Of a stretch of DNA of 64,000 bases, positions 47,801 through 60,277 are shown piece after piece. The stretch comes from Psammoneis japonica. Its lineage: Eukaryota. Location: positions 310,001 to 374,000 of the forward strand of contig QPGO01000061.1 in the NCBI GenBank assembly GCA_008632985.1. The letters run 5' to 3'. Position 1 is the first letter of the stretch, and the number at the start of each line of letters is the position of its first letter. The position numbers were made by a program, and so were the translations under genes. Below the pieces are notes generated by a model that was not told where the DNA came from, searched no databases, and saw nothing but the letters and a program-made list of their open reading frames with translations.

Positions 47801-50091
47801 AAGTCGCGTAAATGATTTGTGTTCACTGCTTTGTTCTTGAACATTCCAGGTTAATCGCTGTCGTTGTTTGTCGCATACATGGCTATAGCCAAGGTTGCTT
47901 TTTTTGCGGAGCACAACCTTGACAGAGTCGACCTGGAAGCACTGACCGATTTCATCACCTACAAGAAATACAACGCAGGATCCATCGTTATAGAGGAAAG
48001 GGAGGACACGGAGCCAAAGCTCTACTTGGTCCGCGGAGGATTGGTAAAGACGACATCGTCAATTGGGGAGCACAATGCAACTGTGTCCAAGGGGGGACAC
48101 TTTGGAGAAGAGCACTTTCGAGAAAATGGACTCGCTGTGTGCCCTTCCAACTACACAGTTAGGGTCGTTGAAGATGCTACTCTGGGTTTCTTGAGCATTA
48201 GAGACGCCCTCACGATTGTGGAAGCAAAAGAAAGCGAAACGAGAATATCCGAATATGAAGATGCACACGAGGTTGCGTATGAAGATTTGGAGCCGCTGCA
48301 GATACTGGGCGAAGGTACCTTTGGCCAAGTGTGGCTTTGCACATCTTCACCTGACCAGCCCTACGCGCTGAAGGTTCAGAGCAAGTACGAGTTGGTTCAG
48401 GGGGGACAGGCCGCTGCTGCAGTGAGAGAGAAAAAGACCCTTTCAGAAATGAAGAGTCCCTTCATTGTGGAGCTGCTCACAACGTACCAAGACCAAGCTC
48501 TTGTGGCTTTCCTTCTCGAATTCGTCCAAGGTGGAGAGTTGTATTCTGTGGTGCACAGCGATACCTCTCATGGCATTCCTGAAGAGAATGCTAAATTTTA
48601 TGCGGCTGGTGTTTTGGAAGCCTTGAATTACATGCACCGTCGCCATATTGTCCACCGCAACGTCAAACCTGAAAACATTTTGATTCGGATGGACGGGTAT
48701 CCCGTCTTGGCCGATTTCGGCTTTGGTGCGTTCGTATGGATTGCTTGCCTCAGGATTCGTTTCATGACTTGCTTGTTCAAGTGTCGACTCATTTTGTTTT
48801 CTGATCGTCTCTTCGCTTTCTATCTTCATTTCATCCAACAGCTAAGGTTGTGAAGAACAAGACTTACACGCTGTGTGGGTCGCCTCTCTACGTTGCACCT
48901 GAGGTGCTCCTGAATACAGGTGAGTCTGCTTATACGTGAGGTCAATGTGGTGCCGGCAGCAATGGTGAATCTAACGTTCCCTTTCAATTTGATTTTGCAG
49001 GTCACGACTTGGCGGTCGACTTTTGGTCATTTGGCGTGTTGCTATTCGAGATGATTGCTGGGTACACACCATTCATGGATGAGGAGGGTCTTGACCACAC
49101 GACCATCTTCCAGCGTATAATTGAGGGTAACTACCTCTTCCCCGAGAACAGCTGCATGAGTCCCGAAGCTGAAGATTTGGTTAGCTTTCTGCTCGTCACG
49201 GATCCCACGAGGCGACTGGGTTCCTTGTCAGGAGGTACCATGGGTATTTACAACTGTCAATGGTTTGACGATATGGACTTTGAGTCACTTCGCCGGCAAG
49301 AACTTGAGAGCCCGTGGAAGCCACAGATCAACGAAAAATACAACATTGACACTTCCAACTTTCGAACAATGGACAACGTTGAAGACAAACTCACCATGGA
49401 ATACCCGGCATTGGCTTCGACTGACGAGGAAGCCTTTGTTGACTTTGCGCCAATCGCTGAAGTGTCTTCCGAATACAGTGGCTCTTCAGACGAAGACTCG
49501 TCATCCTTTGTCGACTCTGACGAGGAATCGGATGCCGATTCTTCGGACTATTCTCTTGGAGACGACGAAACGCCCCATGATCGCTCGGTGGACGCAACTC
49601 GCGCTTCATCCGTGGGTGCCCTGTCCTACGACGACCCGGATCAATCTGATGACGAGACGCCTGGAGCAGAATCAACCACCTCCTCATCCGCCTCATCCTA
49701 TATGGAGTCGATTGACGAAGAAGAAGAGATCAGCAGCAGCGGCAGCAGCAGCGGTAGCGAGGTCATTTACGATGACAAGGACTCGGTATCATCCGCTTCG
49801 TCTTACTCAAGAGATGATCAGAGCTATGACGATGATGAAAGCTATAGCGATGACGAAAGCTTCAGTGACGATGGTTCCTCGTTGGAAACCGATTCTAACG
49901 TTGATCAGGGAAGAACTAAGTCTCGCCCCGGAAGTGGCATGGAGGAGGACGATGATTACGATTCACACCCCACAAGCGCGTCGTACAGCACGCCTTCCAA
50001 TTTGACAGACCCATCCGACATTAGGTCGTCCATGTCTCGAAGCACAAACAACGCCAGCACTTTCAATCCATCTTCTCTGTCGTCGTCATAG
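44877..50091 (+). CDS. Single-pass membrane protein: EF-hand-like ectodomains, Pro/Thr stalk, TM, three cNMP-binding domains and an AGC (PKG/PKA-like) kinase with acidic tail
   Basis: TM GLSAGAIAGIVLAFVFGYLIALLLCLYF; cNMP motifs (GDLSFL, FGEEAL, FGEEHF); GEGTFG, YALK, DFGFAK..TYTLCGSPLYVAPE. Introns start at 47799 (acceptor uncertain), 48726-48841 and 48920-49000. Start codon unresolved. Confidence 0.88.
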
Positions 50092-51355
50092 AGACAATAA
50101 TATGATTGAGGTAGTTCTAATAGTTAATGATGTGAACACTCTCCTCTTGATTGGCACATGGTATTATGGAAAGCGCCAAGATGATGTGGGCAGCAAATTG
50201 TTGGGACAGCGTTTTGATGTGCTGTGAAACAAAGCATTGGCGGAAATATGCACAGAATTGATCAGCACTCCTATACTATCGGTGTATCACGGATCTGATG
50301 AGATGCCCCACAAAGAATCTGAATTCATAAGATGCGCGCTTACTTGTCTTCTCTCCCTCTCTTACCGACAGTGCAAGACTTCCAAGGAGATGGAGATGTC
50401 GTTTTTAGACTACAACTAGAGCGCGTCCTAGTGGAACCCCCCATCTGGGTTCCGCACAACGCAAGCCACATGTCACGAATCTGGACCTTGAAGGCGGAAA
50501 ATTTGTTGAACAATACGAGGAGACTCCTCCCTGCCTCTACATTCATTGAACTTTGAAAGCCAAGGAAATCCGGTCTCGTCTAGGAAAGCCACCGAGACCC
50601 TTGCAATGCATTCAAATCCATGTTTGTTCCCTCCATTTGTAGTTAGCGCTTCTAAAAACCAGCACCTTTAAAATCCAATCATGCATGAAATCTTAGCAAT
50701 AGCCATATACCCCCTTTAGTAATACCAGTAACCTTAGCCATGACCCCTCAATAGACTAGCCGCATAACCCGCCGTTGTGGGTTAGGTAGGGCCATATCGT
50801 GTATGGCTCGTGGCTACAGTATCGTTTTTTTTTTTCGAAATGGTGCGAGGTGCGGGGACAGGATACATTTTTCATTTTTATTCGGTCTCGTATATCGTTC
50901 TTCTATTTCAAAAGGATTGCCGAGAAAACGAATGCTCGAGTACGTATGTAACATAAATCACGTGACATCATCCCCTTTTAACGGTCGACCGTTGAGTTCG
51001 GAATTTTCTGTCTTGGACGCTCACATTTTGCTATTTCGAGCTAGAACGATGCAACAATGCTGTACGAGTGCTGGCAAGAGTAAAACGTACGATTCCTACA
51101 AATTTCATCAAATCCAGATCTTCAAGAAATCAGATTTGGAATCGGAGTGGCGTTAAGTGGAAATTTCAAATTTCAAGACCAAGCACCGACGAAACAAGAA
51201 TGATTTGCGGTGCATAAAACCACATCTTGTGTGCCATTTCATCACGTTACAAGGAACGAACTGGGAGAAACCACAGGCATCAGCTCAAACATTTCAGAAC
51301 AGGGAGAGCAAGAAAAACAAAAAGCAATTCGTAGCGCCCTCTTTCAAACAAGATC

Positions 51356-54300
51356 ATGAACAACAAGTCCCTCACCTCGTTGCTGCGACTGCTTCCCGTT
51401 TTTGCCTTATTCTGGGCATACCAAGGCTTACCATTTGCAGACGCATCCTATAATATCGTCAAGAACAAGCCCTCCTTCCTCCGAACACGAGAACTCCAAG
51501 CTAATCCGTGCGACAATGCGACCGAACAAATCCTTGAGATTCTCGTCTTGGTGGAGCACACGGGCGAGCCACTCAACGTGACAGACGCAGAGATCAATGC
51601 TCTTGAAGACGCTTTTGCCACGTCCTACAATCAGACCGCCAGAAACTCCTGTGGTAACGATGGAGGCTTTCGAGTCATTGACAGCGTGACCATTGAAAGA
51701 GAAGTCACCTCTGGACTTACCGTAGGAGAAAACGCCACACGTCGAGTTGCAACAACGAGGCAAACAAATGATATTCGTGTTGAGTTTACCTATCTCTACA
51801 GAGTTTCTCTGCGCTGCCTCGGCTGTACCAGCGAATCTCGGCTTTTTAGCACAGATCAAAATGGGACTAGAAGAGAAATGGAAATGCTCAACGATAATGT
51901 CGACCGCAGCCAAGACAAAGAACAGGAACTTCAAGCACAAAAAGGAGGCATCAAGGGATTGAAACAAGACAGATCTTTATCGCTTACCAAGAAGAGCCCT
52001 GAAGAAGATTCGAAGGCTGGAATGATTAAGCTACGCAAACCCTCAAGAACTAGCAAGACCAAGCTTACCATTGACAAAGAAACTGATTTCGCTGTCGAAG
52101 CTCGTCAAGATGAGGATCAGTGTCTCTGTGTGGCTCCGTTTGCTGAAAACTTTCTTGAGACCTTCAACACTGTGATTGAAGGATTAGTTACCGTCGGTAT
52201 CCTCAGCCATGTGGACTCGGCCGATGCCGTTTACGAGTTGGCGCCTGTCGATTGTGGCCCTGAAACCGTGTTTCAATCCGTTGTTTCGGTCACACATACG
52301 GGTGATCCAAGTGCAATTACTCAAGGTGAAATTGTGGCTTTGCAGGATGGCTATCGAGAAACGTACAATGACTTAAATGCTTTGAATGGCGAAATTTGCG
52401 ATCTCTTGTTCAGGGTGCTTGAAACTGTTGACATCGATCCGAACCCCAGCGATACACTTTCGCCTACAACACCTCCCACACCACCTCCTGCTGGAGGTGG
52501 CAGCCCTGTCCCAACTCGTGCACCAACCCTTCCGCCAACGCGCCCGCCGACTTCTGCGCCTACATTCTCCCCAGAAGGGGGGCGGCGTGTCTTCTCGTTT
52601 CTTTACAGAAGCACAGGCCGATGTAGAGGATGTGCTTCTCGGTCCAACCTTTTTGATGATGTTAGTGGTCGGCGGGTACTACAAGAATCACTGCCATGGA
52701 CGGAAGAACCAAGATTCCTTCAGACAAACAACACCCTTAACGACACTTGTTTCTGTCCGATTGATGCTGAACTCCGAGCGCCCGGTGAAGTAGAGTTTCA
52801 GAGAGAGTTCGAAGAGACAATTGAGATATTGAGGGAAAGGGGTGTCATTCAGAGTGTTGATCCGAACGTCATTGTTGAAGATTTGGTGCCTGCTCCTGTC
52901 GTACCCACTCCAATAATCACCCCTGCTCCAAGTCGATTTTTCACCCCCTTTCCCAGTGCCGTGACCCCAGCCCCTTCTGTTGCAAGCACCCCATCTCCAA
53001 CAACAGGTACGACTCCAGTTCCCACGGCAGCTACCACACCTGCTCCTACGACGGCGACGACTCCAGCTCCTACGGTAGCTACCACACCCGCTCCTACAAC
53101 TTCAACGACTCCAGCTCCGACGGTAGCTACCACACCCGCTCCTACGACGGCGACAACCCCAGCTCCTACGGTAGCGACGACACCCGCTCCTACAACGACC
53201 ACAACTCCAGCTCCTACGGTAGCGACCACACCCGCTCCTACGACGGCCACGACTCCAGCTCCTACCGTAGGAACCACACCCGCTCCTACGACTTCTACAA
53301 CTGCTGCTCCTACGGTAGGAACCACACCCGCTCCTACGACCTCAACGACTCCAGCTCCTACGGTAGCAACCACACCCGCCCCTACGACCTCGACGACTCC
53401 AGCTCCTACGGTAGCAACCACACCCGCCCCTACGACCTCGACGACTCCAGCTCCGACGGTAGCAACTACACCCGCTCCTACGACCTCAACGACTCCAGCT
53501 CCCACGGTAGCAACCACACCCGCACCTACCACCTCGACGACTCCAGCTCCTACGGTAGCAACCACACCCGCACCTACCACCTCGACGACTCCAGCTCCTA
53601 CGGTTGCAACTACACCCTCTCCTTCGACCTCGACGACTCCAGCTCCGACTGTTGCAACCACACCAGCTCCTACGACTTTAACGACTCCAGCTCCCACAGT
53701 AGCAACCACACCCGAACCTACGACCTCGACGACTCCAGCTCCGACGGTAGCAACTACACCTGCTCCTACAACCTCGACGACTCCAGCTCCTACGGTTGCA
53801 ACTACACCTGCTCCTACGACATCAACGACACCAGCTCCTACGCCGTCGACCACTCCAGCTCCTACGCCGTCACTGACACCTGCTCCAACACCGAGTCCGA
53901 CTTCCTCTCCATCGCTGACACCGAGTCCATCTCCAGCGCCTTCACCGTCACCAGCTCTCTCTCCCACTCCGAGTCCAACACCAGCGCCTACGCCGTCACC
54001 CACAACTGCTCCAACCCCGATTCCGACTCCCTCTCCATCACCGACCTTATCGCCAACACAATCGCAAGCACCGTCCACAAGCCAAGCTCCGTCACTTCCT
54101 CCAGATGAACAAAATGATCTCGTGACTTGCGTTTCCGTCATTGATGAATCAGACAATTTTTCCAATTTGACAATCACGCTGAAATGGGCTGAGCTGAGGC
54201 AGGCCTTTCCCGACCGCCCATTCTGTCTTCTACAACCTAACCTCCCTGAGCCTGGTCCTTTCGGGGATTTCCTTTTCCGTCCAATTGATTTTCAAAATGA

Positions 54301-55780
54301 CCCAAAGGTTATCGATGAAGAAGTTTTTCGGGATGAGGGAGTTCCTCCGTCTTCTGATTGGTTTGGTCTCTGCGAACTGGACGGCCAGCGTCAGATGGGT
54401 ATTACAAATGTTGCTCTCTTCGTTGACAACTCTGGGAGCATGGACAATTCGACCGTCCAGCTGTCTTTGGATCAGTTCATCGCCAACGTGGCTTCAGCTG
54501 GTATGAAGATTGTCACCGGAGACTTCAATAACAATGAGGATTGGATTGATCCATGCTTGACGACCTCTTTATTGTCCCCATCGGCAGTTCCCTCGGCAAC
54601 TCCATCCATGGCTCCAACTCCAATTCCACTTTTGCCCGACGGTCCCTGGCAACTAGTAGGAGATATCTTGAATGGAGCTGATGATGAAGATTTTTTTGGA
54701 TCCTCCGTTTCGATTTCAAGAGATGGAAACATAATGGCGGTGGGCGCACCGGAGGCTGCTTTTGGGCCCAACATAGGTCCCGGTTATGTGGTGGTGTATC
54801 GATTTGACGAATCAGCCAATGAGTGGACACAACTTGGTCAAGTGTTGACAGGTGATGCTGATAGAGATCGTTTTGGTCGGTCCGTGGCTTTGAATGGTAA
54901 CGGTACTGTGATTGCGGTTGGAGCACCAGGCCCAATCGCTGAATTTGTTCGGGTTTTTGAACTAAATTCAAACGATCAATGGGATCAACGCGGGAACGAC
55001 ATTCCTGGGGAATCTGGAACTGATTTTGGCATTTCCGTGTCATTGTCAGATGACGGAGATATTGTTGCCGTTGGGACACAGATCGGCGATATTGTTCAGG
55101 TCTTTCAGTTCATCAGCGCAACCGGGTGGGGTCAATTGGGAGATGACATATCAGAGGGTGCCCAGTTTGGTTCCGCTTTTGGATTTTCAGTGTCCTTGAG
55201 CAGCTTGGGAAGCATTGTTTGCATTGGCGCTCCTTTCTACGAAGACGCAGGCAATGAAGTCGGCGCGGTATTTGTATTTGAATACAACGGTGCATCATGG
55301 GAATTTCTAGGCAATCCAAATCCCATTCTAGGGAACTCCACAGGGCCTCTATTCAACTTTGGGTCGTCTGTTTCTCTCGATAGCAACGGTCGGGTCCTTG
55401 CTGCCGCCGGCTCGGGCGCTGTTGTTGTATATTTCTATTCAAGTGTGACATCGCAATGGACACGTGTTCTATATACTGAAGCTACTTCGCTTGCTGCGTA
55501 CGGTCCGGTGGTATCTGTTAGTGGAAATGGAAATGTCGTTGCGGTGGGCAGCGGTGGTTTTAGTTCCGCGGGTCAAGTTTCAATATTCCAATACGACGAA
55601 AGTATAACAGAGTGGGATTTAATCGGAGATCCTATAAATGGGACAAGTGCATCTGACTTTTTTGGATCATCCATTTCATTGTCGGAGGACGGAAGCATTG
55701 TTGGTGCTGGCGCACCGCAACGGGATGCAAATGGCTTGGATAACTCTGGCTCTGCGTATGTGTTCACCGTCAATCCATAG
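51356..55780 (+). CDS. Large secreted mucin-like protein: two related N-terminal domains, TTPAPT repeats, vWA-like domain and FG-GAP beta-propeller
   Basis: 1474-aa ORF with signal peptide; 8/16-aa Pro/Thr repeats; FVDNSGSM; multiple FGxSVSLSxDG..AVGAP repeats. Confidence 0.9.
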   Translation: MNNKSLTSLLRLLPVFALFWAYQGLPFADASYNIVKNKPSFLRTRELQANPCDNATEQILEILVLVEHTGEPLNVTDAEINALEDAFATSYNQTARNSCGNDGGFRVIDSVTIEREVTSGLTVGENATRRVATTRQTNDIRVEFTYLYRVSLRCLGCTSESRLFSTDQNGTRREMEMLNDNVDRSQDKEQELQAQKGGIKGLKQDRSLSLTKKSPEEDSKAGMIKLRKPSRTSKTKLTIDKETDFAVEARQDEDQCLCVAPFAENFLETFNTVIEGLVTVGILSHVDSADAVYELAPVDCGPETVFQSVVSVTHTGDPSAITQGEIVALQDGYRETYNDLNALNGEICDLLFRVLETVDIDPNPSDTLSPTTPPTPPPAGGGSPVPTRAPTLPPTRPPTSAPTFSPEGGRRVFSFLYRSTGRCRGCASRSNLFDDVSGRRVLQESLPWTEEPRFLQTNNTLNDTCFCPIDAELRAPGEVEFQREFEETIEILRERGVIQSVDPNVIVEDLVPAPVVPTPIITPAPSRFFTPFPSAVTPAPSVASTPSPTTGTTPVPTAATTPAPTTATTPAPTVATTPAPTTSTTPAPTVATTPAPTTATTPAPTVATTPAPTTTTTPAPTVATTPAPTTATTPAPTVGTTPAPTTSTTAAPTVGTTPAPTTSTTPAPTVATTPAPTTSTTPAPTVATTPAPTTSTTPAPTVATTPAPTTSTTPAPTVATTPAPTTSTTPAPTVATTPAPTTSTTPAPTVATTPSPSTSTTPAPTVATTPAPTTLTTPAPTVATTPEPTTSTTPAPTVATTPAPTTSTTPAPTVATTPAPTTSTTPAPTPSTTPAPTPSLTPAPTPSPTSSPSLTPSPSPAPSPSPALSPTPSPTPAPTPSPTTAPTPIPTPSPSPTLSPTQSQAPSTSQAPSLPPDEQNDLVTCVSVIDESDNFSNLTITLKWAELRQAFPDRPFCLLQPNLPEPGPFGDFLFRPIDFQNDPKVIDEEVFRDEGVPPSSDWFGLCELDGQRQMGITNVALFVDNSGSMDNSTVQLSLDQFIANVASAGMKIVTGDFNNNEDWIDPCLTTSLLSPSAVPSATPSMAPTPIPLLPDGPWQLVGDILNGADDEDFFGSSVSISRDGNIMAVGAPEAAFGPNIGPGYVVVYRFDESANEWTQLGQVLTGDADRDRFGRSVALNGNGTVIAVGAPGPIAEFVRVFELNSNDQWDQRGNDIPGESGTDFGISVSLSDDGDIVAVGTQIGDIVQVFQFISATGWGQLGDDISEGAQFGSAFGFSVSLSSLGSIVCIGAPFYEDAGNEVGAVFVFEYNGASWEFLGNPNPILGNSTGPLFNFGSSVSLDSNGRVLAAAGSGAVVVYFYSSVTSQWTRVLYTEATSLAAYGPVVSVSGNGNVVAVGSGGFSSAGQVSIFQYDESITEWDLIGDPINGTSASDFFGSSISLSEDGSIVGAGAPQRDANGLDNSGSAYVFTVNP

Positions 55781-55869
55781 TGGCTAATCTAGTCATCTCG
55801 TGTAGCATAAAATTCAAGAGTTGCGTGTTGTGCTTTTGTCACTCACCAAGCCCGCCGCCACCACAATAA

Positions 55870-58230
55870 CGACAATGGTTGGGCCATGGCAGCCGCCGGC
55901 TCAGGGCTGTTATATATTTCTATTCAAGTGTGACATCGCAATGGACACGTGCTCTATACTGGGCTGCGTTTGAGCTTGACGGCATCTACAGTGGAACTTG
56001 AAGTGTTGTTGCAGTGGGCAGCATTGGATCAATTAAAAAGTGGGTAAAGTTGCAATGTCCCAAAACAACAAAAGTACAACAGGATGGATTAAATGAAGAG
56101 CCCATTGCTGGGACAGATCCAAGTGTCTCTTTTGGGAAGATCCATGTCATTGTCAGAGGATGGAAGCATTGTCAGTGTTGGCTCATTGGGGAGTGATGCC
56201 AATGGATTGTCTGACTCCAGTGAGCAAATGACAAACTAAATGTGAACAGTGTTGTGGAAAAGAGGTGCTTTTAAAGCCAAGCAAAGAAGATGTGTCTGCA
56301 GACAGGAAGTGTTGTGCGCACCGCATTGCTCCCATCATGTCACCGGGGGGGGGGTGACCAACTGATGTGGTCATGAGTGGAAAGGGTTGCCAAAAATGAT
56401 TTGAAGAAGAAGCAAGAATGGGCTGAGAGTCATTTGTCAATTGTTGCTCACAGCTGGGCCATGTTCATGAGAAGAAAGAGTCTGCTTCTGCTGGGAAAAG
56501 TGACAACAAAACAGTTGAGCAGGGGGGAAGCAGGAGGTGCTTTGGTGCACTGCCCAACTCCTCTGCAGACAACATGTGTGCAAAAGTGCTCCACAACATT
56601 TGGACACCCTCAGTGCAACACCAGTGACTGGCTCTGGGTCCAACAAACTACAGTTGTCCATCAAGGCTGCACAGCCCAAAAAATCAGCACCTTTGTTCAT
56701 TTTCAGCACCTTTAAAAAAGATCCAGCACCATTTCAAAAACAGAGCACCTTCAAATGCACTTGTTTTTCACACATGTTTTGTGAGAAATTGACTGAAATT
56801 AGCCACATTGTTGCCAAATTGTGACTCATCTGTGGAAAAACAGTCCTGTTTGTTGAATGCAATGGATGAGCTCCAGTGTCCAAGTCTCACATTTTGATGC
56901 TGGAGTGCCTCCGTTGCATTTGACGAACAGCATTTGTGCGATTGTTGTGTTGTTGTTCCATTGGGTGCTGTGTGCAGGCAGTGGCTTGGAATTTGTCAGA
57001 ATGCAGAAAGTTTTCAAGGTGCTGAAAATTTAAAAAAAAAGCAATGACATGATTTTCTTTTGAAGCAATGATTTTTAAAGGTGCCAAGTGCAAATTTGTC
57101 ATTTGCAGCCACTCCTGCAACTCCAGCTCCCTCTGGCAAGGTAAAACTTCAAGTGGTTCTTTTGGCAATTTTGTGTCCTTGTCTTGTGATGGCAGTGTCA
57201 TGGCTGTCAGAGCAAACAATCAATGGTCCTCTTCTTCCAAGCCCTGCTGTGCTGTGTTGTTGTGCAATGATGCAATCCAATTGCCCAACAATGGACGCAG
57301 TTTGGCCAAGAATTTGTTGGACAAGCCAGCGGCAGTGCTTTTGGTGAGTCTGTTTCATCAAATTGCAGTGGCACAATTCTTGCAGTTGGAGCTGATGAAA
57401 ATGAAAGTGGCAGAGTGAATGCCAGCCATGTCCAGGTGTTTGAACACAACTCAGCATTGAATTGTTGTTTGGTCCAACTTGGTGGTGACATTGTTTGACA
57501 AGATGCTGGTGTGATGAATTTGGTTTTTCTGCACTGCTCTTGGACACGGGAGACATTCTCTTGCTGTGGGAGCTCATTTGGATGACATGGAAAATGACAC
57601 CCAGATGACCATGGCTTCTCATCCCGAAGCTAACTTGGACAAAACACTCACCAGCCAAGCCAACAACTGCACTGGGTTTCCCATTTCCTTGAATTCACAG
57701 GGAACCACCATCAGCATTGAAAGGGATGCAGGTCAAGCATTGGCACACAGTGCAACACTGCATTGTCAAAATGGCAAATTGTGGATGATTGGCTTTTCTC
57801 TTGATGACAGCACCTTGATTGTGGCTGCAGGTGCATGCAGAGACAACAAGAGAGTTCTTGCTGTTTGTGCAACTGCTCAACATTGAAATGGAGTGAATGT
57901 GGCCAAACATTTTGACACAACAGTCTGACAATGGTTTTGGGTGGTCAGTGTCATTGAGTGGCAATGGAAACGTCTTGGTGGTTGGCAGTTGTTGGCATGA
58001 CATCAATGGACTGGTCCATGTGGGTCAAGTTTGAATCTTTCAGCATGACAGGGCAATGCAGATGAAGGAAGCAAGTTGAAGATCCTCTAAATGGTGAGAC
58101 TGAAGACAATGGTTCAGGTGTTCTGTGTCCTTGTAGAACGACGGAAGCATTGTTGGAGTTGGTTCACGGGGGGCTGACGTCAACGGTGACAAGTCTGGAT
58201 CTGTGTGAGAATTGTATTTTGCATTTCATC
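55870..58230 (+). pseudogene. Degenerate, TpA/CpG-depleted paralog(s) of the FG-GAP propeller region
   Basis: 55915-55955 nearly matches 55430-55470; relics FGNFVSLSCDGSVMAV, FGWSVSLSGNGNVLVVG and DGSIVGVG...NGDKSGSV. Confidence 0.75.
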
Positions 58231-58544
58231 CATTTTTTTGCATCAATCGTGTGACTGCAATGCTGAATGTTGAATTTCAAATGACCCATGGTTTCGCAAG
58301 TTGCGGCAACAAAATGAGACCGTTGAAGTTGTTTTTACCATCTCGAGAGGCATTGAGGTGATTTACAATTGCTGCATTAGTCCATCATATGCGGAGAGAC
58401 GCAGCTAGTTGTCCAGAAATACTTTGGCACCTGCCACCAGCTAAAAATGCTACGTGCAGCTAACAAGATTCCTGAGCTTCTAGCGCTGTAGGTCGCACAA
58501 TCTGTTTGTAGATGCGGCGTTCGTTGTAAGAAACCAACGCTTTT

Positions 58545-58838
58545 GTTCTATTGTAGTCTCACTGATGCTTTTCATCATTTCCGTCTTGGCATGGAACAAA
58601 CTACTCAATCGATGAGCCTGACCCATCCACCCAAACAAGACGGTATAATAAATCACGGCAACCACGGTGCCACATTAATAATGTTTCCAAACAACATGAC
58701 CAGTCCTTGTTGTATGAGCGAGCCACCGTTCTCACCAATACGCGAACCCAGTACATCAATCGCAGCCCTGCCCTTTACTTTGGATTTCTCGTCGAGTGGA
58801 ATGCACACCAGTTGTGTCGTGGGATCAAAGAGGGCGTC
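58545..58838 (-). pseudogene. C-terminal fragment of an NTT1-type ATP/ADP transporter
   Basis: ALFDPTTQLVCIPLDEKSKVKGRAAIDVLGSRIGENGGSLIQQGL, then frameshifted VAVIYYTVLFGW...RLSSLF. Confidence 0.8.
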
Positions 58839-59099
58839 CGATCATCATGGTTGTGTTCAAACACGTTAACTCCATTATCACCGAAGAGGGTAGTGTGCAA
58901 CAAAACTGTCGAAGCGCCTTAAAGGCACATCGTGTCCCCAACAATTGTTGCTCCCGGGACTTCCATTGTAGTTTCGCCAATGATATCTACATGGCTCGTC
59001 ACCCATTCCTCATTCAAGGAGTCAATTTGATAAAGTCGCGGGCCGAGAGGGGCTAAACTTGTCGTCTACTATACAATTGAAGGGTTGCCGGTTGTGTTT

Positions 59100-59890
59100 T
59101 TGTCATTAGCCGTAGTCACCACAATAGGGACAATGATCGGGTCATGGCTGCCAACGGAACAGAGTGGAATCGACTGATATGGACAGGTCATTGTTGGATA
59201 ATCAGATTCCATCACTTTTGGGCGTTCTGTTTCTTTGAATAAGGTCTGGAAAATATTGTTTGTGTTGGTGCGCAGATGAACTCTACGACGATTCATTGAA
59301 GCAACATTTTGGTCATACCGCCGTGTATGAATACATTGTGACAACATGGGAAAGTTTGGGCAATCCAATCAAAGTCAATGTTCCTGGTGGCGTGAACAAT
59401 GTTAGCCGCTTCGGGACTTTTCTTTCACTCTTTGATAGTGGCTTATTCATGGCTGTTGGTTCTTTAAATGATGAGGCAGTTGTGTACTACTGTTCCGACT
59501 CGACAAATGGATTGGATGCACAAGTTGAACAGACTTTAGCAAGTGAGCAACCAGGCGATGGCTTGTTGGTCGAGCGGTGTCTTTGTGAGTGTCAATGGAA
59601 ATGTCGTCGCGGTATGGCGCCAGCCCCTTTCACAATGTCACTGGATTTTATTTGGTGACGCGGGTCCGCGGGTCAAGTTGTCATGTTCCAATAGGATGCA
59701 AAGTGTTTGATTTGTGTGGAAGCAAGTGGGCAATCCAACAAATATATGATGGTACCGCTGACAATGGTCGTTTTGGTGAGTCGCGCTCTCCTTATCGGAG
59801 GACGAAAAGTGTGGCACTGTAGCTGGATAGCACCCAAAGCCCAAGACGGCGTTGCGGTTCCGTGTACCAGTATGCGTACACCGTCAATAT
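59100..59890 (+). pseudogene. Frameshifted FG-GAP propeller paralog fragment (not TpA-depleted)
   Basis: FGRSVSLN, VYEY...WESLGNPI and FGTFLSL...FMAVGS motifs. Confidence 0.6.
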
Positions 59891-60277
59891 AAGAGGATGT
59901 ATCGGTGTTCAGACAATGCCAATGCAAAACTACCCGCCACCAAACCGCAAGCACCACAATACGTACAAACCGGCAGTGAGCTTATTTTGAAAAAGAAAAA
60001 AATATAAGTAAACAAACAGCAACAACCACACACCAACAATAAAAGACATTCACAGTACAAAACTCATGATGGAAATGGGATGACGAATGCCCGCATGAAT
60101 CCAACTAACTCCCGATTTCCCAAGTTCACCTACAGTAACGACAACGAACATCATGATGATGATGTATGTAAGAAAGAGAAACAGCGGGCGCGCGCACAAA
60201 TCGGATGCATGACGTCACACTTCCTGCGTAGCGGCCGGCCATTCAATAGCCCTACCGTACTGTACAGCAGGTAGGCC

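Noticed and set aside
53000..53900. CRISPR-like array
   Set aside because: 24/48-bp coding repeats without unique spacers; eukaryotic context and no cas genes.
52849..54177. Antisense Val/Gly-rich ORFs (also 45623..46198 and 62819..63832)
   Set aside because: Shadows of the Pro/Thr repeat coding strand.
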